A stretch of 64,000 nt of DNA from Candidatus Limnocylindrus sp. GTDB lineage: Bacteria > Chloroflexota > Limnocylindria > Limnocylindrales > Limnocylindraceae. The stretch is from NCBI GenBank assembly GCA_040397215.1, contig JBBAWK010000001.1; one strand, written 5' to 3'. Of this stretch, positions 37,985 to 47,968 are shown in pieces. The notes below the pieces were generated by a model, which was not told the origin of the DNA, ran no database searches, and worked only from the letters and a program-made list of their open reading frames with translations. The position numbers and the translations under genes were made by a program. Numbering within the stretch: the first letter of the stretch is position 1; every line of letters starts with the position of its first letter.

Positions 37985-39238
37985 CTACGCCTCTACGCGC
38001 TCAACCAGCATGGCGATCCCCTGACCCACCCCCACGCACATGGCGGCGATCCCGTAGCGACCACCGCTGCGGCGCAGCTCGCGGACCAGGGTTGTGGCCA
38101 TTCGGGCCCCAGAGGCGCCGAGGGGGTGCCCGAGGGCGATAGCGCCGCCGTGCACATTGGTCTTTGCCGGGTCGAGCCCGAGTTCGGTGATACAGGCGAC
38201 CGCCTGGCTGGCGAACGCCTCATTGAGCTCCACGCGGTCGATGTCGGCGACGGTGAGCCCGGTGCGCTCGAGCAGCTTGCGGATCGCTGGGATCGGCCCT
38301 GCGCCCATCACCGACGGATCCACGCCGGCAACCGCCGTTGCAACGATGCGCGCGTACGGCTTCAAGCCGAGGGCTCGCGCGCGCTCCGACTCCACAACGA
38401 GGAGTGCTGCAGCGCCATCATTGATGCCGGAGGCATTCCCTGCGGTTACGGTGCCATCGGCGGCGAAGGCGGGCTTCAGCTTTGCGAGTGCGGCGGCACT
38501 GCTATCGGGTCGCGGATGCTCATCGCGATCAACAACGATCGGCGCGCCGGAGCGCTGTGGGATGGAGACGGGCACGATCTCTTCTGCAAAGATGCCGCTC
38601 GCGGCGGCGGCTGCGGCGCGCTGCTGTGATGCGAGGGCGAGTTCGTCTTGCGCCTCGCGCGAAACGTGCCACTGAGCGGCAACCCGCTCCGCCGTTTCGC
38701 CAAGTGAGATCGCTGGATACTTGGCATGGAGTCGCGGATTCACAAAGCGCCAACCGATGGTGGTGTCGACGAGCTCACGATTGCCGCGCTCAAGGCCACT
38801 CTCAGGCTTCAGGGTGACGAGTGGCGCACGGCTCATGCTCTCTACGCCGCCTGCCACCACCACCTCAGCATCGCCAACGGCAATGGCGTTCGCTGCGGCG
38901 GCGAGTGCCTGCAAGCCGGAGCCGCAGAGTCGATTTACCGTTTGCCCTGGAACCTCAACGGGGTATCCGGCAACAAGGAGCGCCATGCGCGCCACGTTAC
39001 GATTGTCTTCGCCGGCCTGGTTGGCGCAGCCCAAGATCACATCATCGATGTCGGCGGCGTTGATGCCGCTGCGGGCAACGAGCGCCTCGAGGACGGTAGC
39101 GGCAAGGTCGTCGGGGCGAACGCCAGCGAGCGCGCCGCCGTAGCGACCGAAGGGGGTGCGCAGCGCCTCAACGATCCAGGCCTCCTTTAGGGGGCGGCCC
39201 GGGGTGCTGCTCTGGAAGAGTGGTGCGCTACTGCTCAT
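37985..39238 (-). CDS. Acetyl-CoA C-acetyltransferase (thiolase II family)
   Basis: 417 aa: active-site [11 protein letters not shown]-terminal [17 protein letters not shown] and [10 protein letters not shown]. Confidence 0.9.
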   Translation of the reverse strand: MSSSAPLFQSSTPGRPLKEAWIVEALRTPFGRYGGALAGVRPDDLAATVLEALVARSGINAADIDDVILGCANQAGEDNRNVARMALLVAGYPVEVPGQTVNRLCGSGLQALAAAANAIAVGDAEVVVAGGVESMSRAPLVTLKPESGLERGNRELVDTTIGWRFVNPRLHAKYPAISLGETAERVAAQWHVSREAQDELALASQQRAAAAAASGIFAEEIVPVSIPQRSGAPIVVDRDEHPRPDSSAAALAKLKPAFAADGTVTAGNASGINDGAAALLVVESERARALGLKPYARIVATAVAGVDPSVMGAGPIPAIRKLLERTGLTVADIDRVELNEAFASQAVACITELGLDPAKTNVHGGAIALGHPLGASGARMATTLVRELRRSGGRYGIAAMCVGVGQGIAMLVERVEA

Positions 39239-39277
39239 GCGCTCAGTCTACGCCCGCCCCTCGGCTAGGATGGGGCC

Positions 39278-40018
39278 ATGAGCGAGACCCTCGTACCCAT
39301 CGCCCCCGCCCTCCCCCCGATCTCGACCAGCCTCACCCCTGGGCTCCCCACGGCGGCCGAGCTCTTCGACTTCGCCGGTGGGGCAGAGCGCCGCTTCAGC
39401 ACCCTGCGCCTCCGTATTGAGGAGCGCGCGGTGACAGCCGCGGGCGAGAGCCTCGGATCGGTTGAACTCCTCATTGATCGGCCCCTAGCCCGCGTCACCA
39501 CGGTGCATCCGCAGGGCGGCTACGACGTGTGGGTCACCGACGGCGCCAACGTGCGCAGCTACAACGCAGTCACGAAAACCACCACGCGCCGACCGCATCG
39601 CGCGGCGCCAACAGGCCTCGACGACAGTGGCCTACCGCAAAGCTCGCGCGTGCCGACCAACATGGGTCCGCTCCCCGGCAAAGGTTGGGCGACAAGCTTC
39701 GTTCGCCCTGGTTCGTTCTGCAGCAGCGTCCTCGCAGGTGCGGTGCTCGGTGCCGTGCACGAGACACGCCTCGTTGGACGTGTCGCACTCACCATTGAGG
39801 CGGCAGCCCCACGCGCCGTTGCTCTTGAAGGCGATCGCGCCGACTTCCGCTTCCGCGTCACCTTCGATCGACTCACCGGCCTCTTGCTTGGTGTAGAAGA
39901 GTTCCGCGGTACGCATCTGGTGCGCAGTGCGCTCTGCACCGCGTTTGAGGCGGATGCCTCTATTCCTGCCAGTGCCTTTGATCTTGAAATTCCACCTGAC
40001 GTTGTGACGCTCTACTGA
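39278..40018 (+). CDS. Hypothetical protein
   Basis: 246 aa. ATG-initiated ORF in a gap between well-supported genes. No family recognised. Confidence 0.4.
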   Translation: MSETLVPIAPALPPISTSLTPGLPTAAELFDFAGGAERRFSTLRLRIEERAVTAAGESLGSVELLIDRPLARVTTVHPQGGYDVWVTDGANVRSYNAVTKTTTRRPHRAAPTGLDDSGLPQSSRVPTNMGPLPGKGWATSFVRPGSFCSSVLAGAVLGAVHETRLVGRVALTIEAAAPRAVALEGDRADFRFRVTFDRLTGLLLGVEEFRGTHLVRSALCTAFEADASIPASAFDLEIPPDVVTLY

Positions 40019-40025
40019 GCCGCCG

Positions 40026-40469
40026 ATGAGTGAGATCGTTGGCCAGGCGCTGCTCGAAAAGTCGGTAGCGCACCTCGTCGCCGCAAGCGACAGCCCAGAG
40101 CTCATCGCGAAACTGATCCCCGGATGCGATGCTCTGCATCGCATCGATGCAGAGCATATTGAGGGTCGCCTCGCGACACAGGTTGCCGGCATTCCGATTG
40201 AGGCCGCTATCTCTGTTCGTCGCACTGTTGAGGTACTTGGCGGCGGCGTGACCAGACTGCATCTGCGACTCAAGGTTCGTCCCGACATTGGCGGTCATGC
40301 GATTGTCGTTGCCCTCATTGATCTGACTGAAGCCAGCGCGACGAGCAGCAACGCCTCGTGGCGAACCTCAACGGAGCTTGATCCAATGCTCGCCGTGATG
40401 GCGGGACAGCGCGTAGAAGAGTTCTTGCGCAGTTCAATCGATCACTTAATCGCAGGCCTCGCAAGCTAA
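40026..40469 (+). CDS. Hypothetical protein (possibly SRPBCC/CoxG-like)
   Basis: 147 aa, 7 nt downstream of the previous gene. Weak resemblance only. Confidence 0.35.
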   Translation: MSEIVGQALLEKSVAHLVAASDSPELIAKLIPGCDALHRIDAEHIEGRLATQVAGIPIEAAISVRRTVEVLGGGVTRLHLRLKVRPDIGGHAIVVALIDLTEASATSSNASWRTSTELDPMLAVMAGQRVEEFLRSSIDHLIAGLAS

Positions 40470-40485
40470 GCGCGTCGCGTCGGCG

Positions 40486-41013
40486 CTAGGCGTTCAGCGC
40501 CACCCAGATTGCAGCGAGCACAATAAGTGCCAAAGTTGCAATCATCAGCACCCACCCAGCACGAAAGAGTGCGCGCCCGCGGCTGATCGGCCACCAGGCA
40601 CCAACGGAGCGAGCGATGCGGAGCGCCGCCTCACCCATGGTGACGAAGAGTGGGATGGAACCAATCAGAAGCGGCACCTTGACGATGCCATCGCTCCACT
40701 TCGCGCCAAGGTTCAGCGCGCTGATGACAATCGTGCCGCAGATCAACGCAACAACACTGAGGTAGATGTAGCCGCCGCGCAGTGGTGTTGGATCTGTCTC
40801 TGGAACGTACGCTGGAAGACCATCGTCGGCGATTGGCACCGGCTGGCGATCGAGCTTGATCATCCCTGGCTCGTAGCGCTCGTCAACCAACACGCCACGC
40901 AGCAACTCCCCTGCGTCGGGCGCCTCCTCTTCAGCTCCTGGGAGTGCGTGTGGCAGCGCCTCAGCGCCGTCAATCTGGTCGGGGCGAACGATGCGTTGGC
41001 GCTCGTTGCTCAT
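40486..41013 (-). CDS. Hypothetical membrane protein
   Basis: 175 aa; acidic N-terminus then three TM helices. Overlaps the upstream gene by 4 nt. Confidence 0.4.
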   Translation of the reverse strand: MSNERQRIVRPDQIDGAEALPHALPGAEEEAPDAGELLRGVLVDERYEPGMIKLDRQPVPIADDGLPAYVPETDPTPLRGGYIYLSVVALICGTIVISALNLGAKWSDGIVKVPLLIGSIPLFVTMGEAALRIARSVGAWWPISRGRALFRAGWVLMIATLALIVLAAIWVALNA

Positions 41014-41444
41014 CGTCGAGCGAGCAGGAATCCGACGACCGCCAGCGCGATGCCAATAATGCGCGTGGCAGACACAGGAATGGCTGATGTGCCAAGAAGT
41101 CCGAACCCGTCAATGGCGAGTGCGGCGCCGAGCGAGCCGAGGATGTAGATGAGGGTCGCTTCGGTCACGCCGAGCACCGGCACGGTGGTGGCAAATCCGG
41201 TCACGATCAGCGCGCCAAAGAGGCCGCCGGTGAGCAGGAGTGGCGGCACCTTCGTTGCCTCAACGAGCTGCAGCTTGCCGCTCAAGAGCGCCACAACGAG
41301 CAGTACCGCCAAGCCACCGATGAACGAGACCACGGCGGCGTTCACCGGGTCGGTGCGGCGACCAAGTTCGGAGTTCACGATCGATTGCACCGAGGAGCCG
41401 ACACCGGCGGCAAAGATGAAGAAAGCCAAGGCTAGAAACTGCAT
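41010..41444 (-). CDS. DMT-superfamily small membrane transporter (DUF606/YdcZ-like)
   Basis: Internal ATG at 41444 (MQFLALAFF) preceded by GGGGGA. 144 aa with four or five TM helices. Confidence 0.55.
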   Translation of the reverse strand: MQFLALAFFIFAAGVGSSVQSIVNSELGRRTDPVNAAVVSFIGGLAVLLVVALLSGKLQLVEATKVPPLLLTGGLFGALIVTGFATTVPVLGVTEATLIYILGSLGAALAIDGFGLLGTSAIPVSATRIIGIALAVVGFLLARR

Positions 41445-41489
41445 GCGTCCCCCTCTATTGGATTGCTTCGCGCGCTGCGTGCCCACTCG

Positions 41490-42983
41490 TTATTCGCCCT
41501 GGGCGCGGGTGAATCCCTCTTCGCTGCCCCACACACGGAGCTTCTCCAGGTGCACCCACGGTGCAACGCCTGCCACACGAGCGGCAAGCGCGAGGAGTTT
41601 CTCGTCAGGCAGATCGGAACCATCAGCGCGTGCCAAGAAGCGCGCGCGGAAGAGGCCCGTTGGGTCGAATGCGGGGGCAGCATTTGGCCACACCACCGTT
41701 CCCTTGCTCTCAATCATCTTAAGGGTGAGCTCCTGGCCGGCGAGGGCGGAGAGCTTGGCGCCGAGCTCAGCCGGCGACATGAGCGACTGCAAGAAGAGAT
41801 CGAGGCCAACAACGCGCGCTGTGCCGACTTCGCGCTCGCGCGCCTCGCCGCTGGTCCAGCGCGCATGCGGCTTCACATCAACAGGTCGTGGTCGGCTCGC
41901 GGCGGCGGGAACGGTTGTTGGACGCTTGCCGAGGCTCTCGATCACCGCATCAGCGAAACCGCTGGTGCTCGTTGCTGCCTCAACATCGCCACCCTGCTGG
42001 CGCACCACATCCTGTGGGAGTGCCTTCCCCGCTTCGAGCGTTGCAAGGACCGCGTCTTCAACCACATCGGCGAGATCAGTCTCACCCAAGTGGCGCAGCA
42101 TCATCGTTGATGACAGAATCAGCGCGGTTGGATTGATGACGTTCTTGCCGGCGTACTTCGGCGCAGATCCGTGCACCGCCTCGAAGATCGCCACGCCGTC
42201 ACCGTAGTTGGCGCTCGACGCAAATCCGAGTCCGCCAACAAGCCCAGAGGCAAGGTCGCTAATGATGTCGCCGTGCAAATTCGTGGCAACCACCACATCA
42301 AACTGCGCCGGGTCTTTCACCATCTGGTGCGCAACGTTATCAATGATTAGATGATTCGCTTCTAGCGACGAATACTCTTTGCTGAGATCTTCGCCGATCT
42401 GCTTGAAGAGTCCTTCGGTGAACTTCAGAATGTTCGCCTTGCTCGCAGTGGTGACCTTATGTCGACCTTCGCGTAGCGCAAGTTCGTAGGCGAAGCGAAT
42501 GATCTTCTCTGAGCCAGTTCGGCTGATCAGCTTGACCGCCTGTGCCACATCGTGCGTCTGAAGGTGCTCGATGCCGGCGTAGAGGTCTTCAACGTTCTCG
42601 CGCACGATGACCATGTTGATCCCTTCGCCCTTGTAGCGCGTTGGCACGCCTGGCAGCTCACGCGCAGGTCGAACGTTGGCGTACGTTTCAAAGAGTTTGC
42701 GCAGTGTGACGTTGGCACTCTTTTCGCCGAAGCCGACCGGCGTCTCGAGTGGCCCCTTCAGGGCGACGCGTGTGCGCTCAATGCTGTCGCGGGTCTCCTT
42801 TGGCACACCAGAGGTGTCGCCCTTCTTAAAGACTTCAGCACCAGCCTCAGCCTCCTCCCAGTCGAAGGCCACACCCGCCGTTGCGGCGGCAGCGTCAAGG
42901 ACGCGTTTTGTGGCGAGGGCAACCTCAGGGCCAACCCCGTCGCCAGGGATCAGGGTGATGGCGTGGCGTCGTGGGGTGGTCAT
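41490..42983 (-). CDS. icd: Isocitrate dehydrogenase (isocitrate/isopropylmalate DH family) with ~140-aa C-terminal extra domain
   Basis: 497 aa. Residues 1-355 are IDH-like (LIPGDGVGPE, SKANILK, NLHGDIISD, HGSAPKYAGKNVINPTA); residues ~356-497 form an additional domain. Confidence 0.85.
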   Translation of the reverse strand: MTTPRRHAITLIPGDGVGPEVALATKRVLDAAAATAGVAFDWEEAEAGAEVFKKGDTSGVPKETRDSIERTRVALKGPLETPVGFGEKSANVTLRKLFETYANVRPARELPGVPTRYKGEGINMVIVRENVEDLYAGIEHLQTHDVAQAVKLISRTGSEKIIRFAYELALREGRHKVTTASKANILKFTEGLFKQIGEDLSKEYSSLEANHLIIDNVAHQMVKDPAQFDVVVATNLHGDIISDLASGLVGGLGFASSANYGDGVAIFEAVHGSAPKYAGKNVINPTALILSSTMMLRHLGETDLADVVEDAVLATLEAGKALPQDVVRQQGGDVEAATSTSGFADAVIESLGKRPTTVPAAASRPRPVDVKPHARWTSGEAREREVGTARVVGLDLFLQSLMSPAELGAKLSALAGQELTLKMIESKGTVVWPNAAPAFDPTGLFRARFLARADGSDLPDEKLLALAARVAGVAPWVHLEKLRVWGSEEGFTRAQGE

Positions 42984-43001
42984 GCGCTCAGGATAGCGGG
43001 G

Positions 43002-44252
43002 TTAGCGTGCGGCGCTGGGGGCGGCGATCGGCAGGTTCACATAGCCGCGGAACTGGAAGCTGGGGCGGCGCACTGCCCCAGGAAGGAGCGCGATCTGAGG
43101 GAGCGCCTCGGCAAGTGCGCCAAAGAGAAGTTCGAGTTCTAGGCGGGCCAGCGGCGCGCCGATGCAGAAGTGAATCCCGCCACCGAACGAGAGGTGTGAT
43201 GTCTCACCACGCGCGATGCGGAAGGCGTCGGGGTTCTCGTACTTCTCGGGGTCACGATTCGAGGAGCCGATCATCAGGCCCACCTTTGCGCCGCGAGGGA
43301 TCTGCACGCCCCGCACCTCAAACCCGTCGTCGAGCACCCAGCGCTGAAAGAACTGCAGCGGCGGATCCCAGCGCAGGATCTCTTCGATCGCGCTCTTCAT
43401 CGGCACCGTTCCTGCGCGCAACAGCCGCCACTGATCTGGGTTCGCAGCGAAGGCGGCGACGCCGTTAGAGGCGGCGTTCACCGACGCTTCGTGTCCGGCC
43501 ATCAGGAGCACCATCACCGTGGAGATCACCTGCTCGTCGCTCAGGTGCTCGCCGTCGACGGTGGCATCAATGAGGCCAGAGAGCAGATCGTCGGCCGGTT
43601 GACGTCGGCGGGCTCGAATGAGGTCGGCAACGTAGGCGGAAAATTCGCGCACGGCGAGGTTGGCGTGATCCTTCACCGCGTCAGCGGGCGCCGGCTCATA
43701 CATCGAGACCACGTCGTGCGAGAGGGCGAGGATTCGCATGCGGTCAGGCTCTGGGACGCCGATCAGCTCACAGATGATCGTGAGTGAGAGCGGCTCGGCG
43801 AGATCCTGCACCAGGTCGAGGCTGCCCCGCTCACGTGCCGCGGCAATGCGCTCGCTAATGAGGCGGCTCGCCGGCTCCCGCTGCGCCTCAATGGAGCGCG
43901 GCGTGAAGGCGGTGGTGACGAGGCGGCGCAGCTTTGTATGGTCGGGCGGTTCAAGGGCGATCATGTCCCAGCGCTCAAACGCCTTGAAGTCCGCGTAGCG
44001 GTCGTCGCGCCACGGCTGCAGGTCGGCCGGGTCGCGAATGAACTCTTCGGCGGTATAGCGCTGCGAGAAATCGGAGCCGAGATGCTTATCGCGCCAGGCG
44101 GCATGCACGTCGGCGTGGCGGGTGATGAAGTGGATCCCACTCTGCGGCGAGTGCCAGACGGGGCCGTGCTCCCGAAGCCGGGTGTAGGCGGGAAAGGGAT
44201 CAAGCGCGGTCGCTGCGTCGGTCGGGTCGAAGAGCAGCTCTGAGTCCGCCAC
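43002..44252 (-). CDS. Cytochrome P450
   Basis: 416 aa. Heme-thiolate loop FGGGIHFCIGAPLA, ExxR EILRW, I-helix AGHEAS. Confidence 0.9.
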   Translation of the reverse strand: MADSELLFDPTDAATALDPFPAYTRLREHGPVWHSPQSGIHFITRHADVHAAWRDKHLGSDFSQRYTAEEFIRDPADLQPWRDDRYADFKAFERWDMIALEPPDHTKLRRLVTTAFTPRSIEAQREPASRLISERIAAARERGSLDLVQDLAEPLSLTIICELIGVPEPDRMRILALSHDVVSMYEPAPADAVKDHANLAVREFSAYVADLIRARRRQPADDLLSGLIDATVDGEHLSDEQVISTVMVLLMAGHEASVNAASNGVAAFAANPDQWRLLRAGTVPMKSAIEEILRWDPPLQFFQRWVLDDGFEVRGVQIPRGAKVGLMIGSSNRDPEKYENPDAFRIARGETSHLSFGGGIHFCIGAPLARLELELLFGALAEALPQIALLPGAVRRPSFQFRGYVNLPIAAPSAAR

Positions 44253-44256
44253 GCGG

Positions 44257-45042
44257 TTACGCTCCCGCGGCGCGGTCTCGGGCGATCAACAGGCGCAGTC
44301 CGTGTACGGCCGTGTCGATCACCGGATCAATCGAGAAGTTCTTCATTGAGGCCTGTGACTCCTCGTGCGTCATGGAGGGGCTGCCGACGCAGACCATGAT
44401 GCCGCCCGCGCGTGCGCGCAGGGTTGCCGCAACGATGAAGAGGGTGGCCGACTCCATCTCAGAGCTGATCGCACCGCCGCCGATCCAGGCCTTCCATCTT
44501 CGTGCGAGGTCGTCGGCCACCGGCATGCGCCCTGGCTCAACTTCGCCATAGAACGAATCCTTTGACTGCGCCACGCCAACGCGGTGGCGAACGTTGCGCT
44601 CGCGGGCCGCATCACGCATGGCCAGCACCACATCAAGATCGGCTACGGCGGGAAACTCCATCGGCAGGTAGTGACTGCTCGTCCCCTCGTCGCGAATCGC
44701 ACCGCTGATCACCGCTAGGTCGCCGGTCTGCATCCCTGGCTGCATGCCGCCCGAGGTCCCCACGCGAATAAACGTGTCGGCGCCAATGGCGTGCAACTCT
44801 TCGGCGGCGATCGCCGTTGAGGGGCAGCCGATCCCAGTTGAGGTGCATGCCACCGGTACGCCATCAAGCTCACCGACCCAGGTGGTGTACTCACGCTTCT
44901 GCGCCACGAATCGTGGGTTATCGAATCGGCGGGCAATCACCTCGACGCGACCAGGGTCACCTGGCAGCAGCACGTAACGACCAACATCGCCCTTCTTTAG
45001 GCCAAGGTGGTGAACGGTGCCGTCTGGTTCAAAGAGTGCCAT
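44257..45042 (-). CDS. udp: Uridine phosphorylase-family nucleoside phosphorylase (PNP/UDP-1), paralog A
   Basis: 261 aa, close to E. coli Udp across its length: HLGL, LLPGDPGRVE, REYTTW, ELDGVPV, CTSTGIGCPSTAIAAEEL, EFPAVAD, EMESATL. Confidence 0.8.
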   Translation of the reverse strand: MALFEPDGTVHHLGLKKGDVGRYVLLPGDPGRVEVIARRFDNPRFVAQKREYTTWVGELDGVPVACTSTGIGCPSTAIAAEELHAIGADTFIRVGTSGGMQPGMQTGDLAVISGAIRDEGTSSHYLPMEFPAVADLDVVLAMRDAARERNVRHRVGVAQSKDSFYGEVEPGRMPVADDLARRWKAWIGGGAISSEMESATLFIVAATLRARAGGIMVCVGSPSMTHEESQASMKNFSIDPVIDTAVHGLRLLIARDRAAGA

Positions 45043-45049
45043 ACGAGGA

Positions 45050-45943
45050 TTATGACGTGATCAGCGCGCGGATGGCGATGAACATCACGCCGACGAAGAC
45101 GATGATGCCGAAGAGGAACATCGCCGTCGCCACGAGGGGATCGAACTGCAGCGGCGTCGAGGCGCTCTGCCCCCAGTTCGCGAGCCCATACACCGTAAGG
45201 GCCGACATTGTGGCAATGCCGAGCACCCCTACGAACAGATCAAATGGCCCACTCGGCACGCGACGATACGAGGTCTTTACGCCCTTGGAGCCAAAGGCGC
45301 GTGACTCAAGGCTGATCGCGAGCTGCTGCACACGCTCAACAGCACCAGCTGCAACTGGCACAAACGATGGCACAATTGAGCCGAAGCCGGTCCCCTTCAT
45401 GCCGCGTGATCGCTGTGCCGCCAAGACGAGTTGCACTTCGCGCTGCAACACCGGAACAAGCTGGAGCGTCATGGAGATCATGAAGTTGATCAGATATGGC
45501 ACGCGCATACGTGCAAGCGACGCAAAGAGATCAGATGGGTGTGTTGTCAGGATTAGTGCGAATGCCATCGTTTGGAATGAGGCGACACGCAACATCAGTG
45601 AGATCGCATGCGAAAGTCCTTCGGTATAGATATGAAATGGGCCGACTGCAAGCGGAGTTCCGCAATGGTTTCCGCAAATTGCAGGAGCCAGCGATTGAAT
45701 CACAATAATTGATGCTGTGATCGGCGTAAAGATCACAAGGATCTTCGCGAGTGGCTTGATGATCTTCGATGTTAAGGCGATGACGATCGAGAAGAGGAAG
45801 ACCGCAAGCAACGGCAGCGGCGAATACGTGGTGAAGCAGAAGATTCCAGCCGGGAGCAGCCAGGCAAACTTCGCCACGGGGTCGAGGCGGTGCATCCATG
45901 AGGTTCCACGAACGTGGCTTACTGAGACGCTCGGTCCGTACAT
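45050..45943 (-). CDS. ecfT: ECF transporter transmembrane (T) component EcfT
   Basis: 297 aa CbiQ-family membrane protein with the conserved Arg-containing coupling motifs. Confidence 0.85.
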   Translation of the reverse strand: MYGPSVSVSHVRGTSWMHRLDPVAKFAWLLPAGIFCFTTYSPLPLLAVFLFSIVIALTSKIIKPLAKILVIFTPITASIIVIQSLAPAICGNHCGTPLAVGPFHIYTEGLSHAISLMLRVASFQTMAFALILTTHPSDLFASLARMRVPYLINFMISMTLQLVPVLQREVQLVLAAQRSRGMKGTGFGSIVPSFVPVAAGAVERVQQLAISLESRAFGSKGVKTSYRRVPSGPFDLFVGVLGIATMSALTVYGLANWGQSASTPLQFDPLVATAMFLFGIIVFVGVMFIAIRALITS

Positions 45944-46779
45944 TAGGCAGCTCCCATCTTCTTGCCACCAAGCTCAGCGGAGAGTTCAGTAACGCTCAGC
46001 GACGCTGGCCTACCCTTGCGGCTCTTCAGGCGCAACGAGATCTGCGTGACCTGTGGTGGCGCAATGTGCGTGCGCTCCATCACTTCGGTGTTCCCGAAGA
46101 CTTCGCGGGCACCACCGTCGGCAATGATCTTTGCGTTCCACATCACGATCATCCGCTCGCTCACGTCGGCCAAGAGCGGCATATCGTGGGAGACACAGAT
46201 CACCGTTGAGCCACGATCCTGCAGCCGATGAATTAACTGGTTGATCACCTTGGTGGTCTGATGGTCCTGGCCGGTGGTCGGCTCGTCGAGCACGAAGACC
46301 TTCGGGCCCATCGTGAAGACCGAGGCGATCCCCACCAACTTGCGCAGCGGGAAACTCAGTCGGTAGGGATGCATGTCGGCATACTGTTTGATGTCGAAGA
46401 ATTCCAGCGCGTGCGCGATCCGTTCGGCGATCTCTTCGGGTGGCAGCTTCAGGTTTGTTGGGCCGAAGGCCAACTCCGCCGTCACCGACGGGGCGAAGAG
46501 CTGGTGGTTCGGGTTCTGGAAGACGTAGCCAACCGTCGACGACATCTGCTGCACGGAATTCTTCGCCGTGTCCTTGCCGTCAACCACGATGCTCCCCGAG
46601 GTTGGCTTCAGCAGACCGTTCAACAGCTTGGTGAGTGTGGTCTTCCCTGAGCCGTTTTGACCAACGATGCCGACCGACTGCCCCTCAGGGATCTCGAGGT
46701 TGACGCCATCAAGTGCGAGTACCGCGCCGTTTGAATACACATAACGTGCGTCGGTGACCTTAATCAACGGCGTGCTCAT
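45943..46779 (-). CDS. ecfA2: ECF transporter ATPase EcfA2
   Basis: 278 aa ABC ATPase ([19 protein letters not shown]). Overlaps ecfT by 1 nt. Confidence 0.85.
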   Translation of the reverse strand: MSTPLIKVTDARYVYSNGAVLALDGVNLEIPEGQSVGIVGQNGSGKTTLTKLLNGLLKPTSGSIVVDGKDTAKNSVQQMSSTVGYVFQNPNHQLFAPSVTAELAFGPTNLKLPPEEIAERIAHALEFFDIKQYADMHPYRLSFPLRKLVGIASVFTMGPKVFVLDEPTTGQDHQTTKVINQLIHRLQDRGSTVICVSHDMPLLADVSERMIVMWNAKIIADGGAREVFGNTEVMERTHIAPPQVTQISLRLKSRKGRPASLSVTELSAELGGKKMGAA

Positions 46780-47621
46780 GATCGCGCCTCCAACCAGGTC
46801 ACGGCTTGGTCCGTGGTGACGGGAAGATCCTTCGCACCTGCGGGCGCAAGCGAGAGTGCCAGTTCCGTTGCCTGTGGCACACGTAATCCGATCTTGGCAA
46901 GTTCGGCGCCGCGCGAGAAGACTTCGCTCGGCGTACCAATCATCACGATCTCTCCCTGGTGGAGCACGACAATGCGATCGGCGTAGGCGGCAAGAACTTC
47001 GGCTTCATGCTCGGCAACGATCACCGTCATCCCCTCTTCGCGATTCAATTTACGGGCCAGCTCAAACACCTCCTCCTTGCCGATCGGATCAAGGTTTGAG
47101 GTTGGCTCATCCATGAAAAGAATCTTTGGCTGCATCGCAAGCACCGATGCGATCGCGAGTCGCTGCTGCTGACCGCCCGAGAGACCCATTGGTGAGCGCT
47201 CCTCAAAGCCGGCGAGTCCAACGGTGCCGAGTGCCGCGCCAACGCGCGGTGGCATCTCTTCATTTGGAACGCCAAGGTTCTCTAAGCCGAGAGCGACCTC
47301 TTCGGCGGCACTCACCTGGCTCATCTGAAATTCAGGGTTGTCAAACACAATGCCAACGGTGCGCGCCATCTCGCGCACGGGGGTGGTGGAGGTGTCGAGC
47401 CCCTCAACGGTGACGTTCCCCTCGTAGATGCCCATCGTGGATTGCGGAACGATGCCGTTAATGGAGAGGCCGAGCGTTGTCTTGCCCGCACCGTTAAGTC
47501 CCATGATGCCAAGGTATTCGCCGCGCTTAATCTCAAGATTGATCTTGTTCAGTGCCGGCTTCTCACCACCGGAATAGGTGAAGCTGAGATTCTCAATCTT
47601 GACGGCGATCTCTCCAGCCAA
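46776..47621 (-). CDS. ecfA1: ECF transporter ATPase EcfA1
   Basis: 281 aa ABC ATPase (GLNGAGKTTL, LSGGQQQRLAIA, MDEPTSNLD). TTG start with GGAGG 5 nt upstream. Confidence 0.85.
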   Translation of the reverse strand: MAGEIAVKIENLSFTYSGGEKPALNKINLEIKRGEYLGIMGLNGAGKTTLGLSINGIVPQSTMGIYEGNVTVEGLDTSTTPVREMARTVGIVFDNPEFQMSQVSAAEEVALGLENLGVPNEEMPPRVGAALGTVGLAGFEERSPMGLSGGQQQRLAIASVLAMQPKILFMDEPTSNLDPIGKEEVFELARKLNREEGMTVIVAEHEAEVLAAYADRIVVLHQGEIVMIGTPSEVFSRGAELAKIGLRVPQATELALSLAPAGAKDLPVTTDQAVTWLEARS

Positions 47622-47673
47622 TGTGACCTCCTACCTCTCTTCGATGATCCTGTGAGATGCAGTGTGTAGCGAA

Positions 47674-47707
47674 CCGCCCGATCGCACTATGCGGTGCGAC
47701 CGGGCGG
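47674..47707 (-). other. 14-bp stem-loop in the 120-nt spacer between the small ORF and ecfA1
   Basis: ccgcccgatcgcac-tatgcg-gtgcgaccgggcgg. On the minus-strand RNA the single mismatch becomes a G·U pair. No downstream U-tract. Confidence 0.4.
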
Positions 47708-47740
47708 CTGTCGCGCTCGTCATCGCGACGATTTAACTGT

Positions 47741-47956
47741 TCAGTCCTTTGCGCGAATAACGGCGACGCCTGCGCCAAGCGTAAAGAGGCCTGCAAGCAC
47801 ATTCATTGCTGCAAGCATCGGGAACGCCTGGTCAGGTGCATCGATCTTGATAGCGCTTGCGGCGAACGGCAATGCGATCACGAAGATACCCATTGCAATT
47901 ACGCCGACAGCTGCGGCCTCACGAGGCCCAACCGTTGCTCCAGTATCTTTTGCCAT
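47741..47956 (-). CDS. Small (71-aa) two-TM membrane protein co-transcribed with the ECF S-component
   Basis: ATG preceded by AAGGAGGAG at a 6-nt spacing; starts 12 nt after the S-component stop. Sequence MAKDTGATVGPREAAAVGVIAMGIFVIALPFAASAI... Confidence 0.5.
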   Translation of the reverse strand: MAKDTGATVGPREAAAVGVIAMGIFVIALPFAASAIKIDAPDQAFPMLAAMNVLAGLFTLGAGVAVIRAKD

Positions 47957-47968
47957 GATTTCTCCTCC

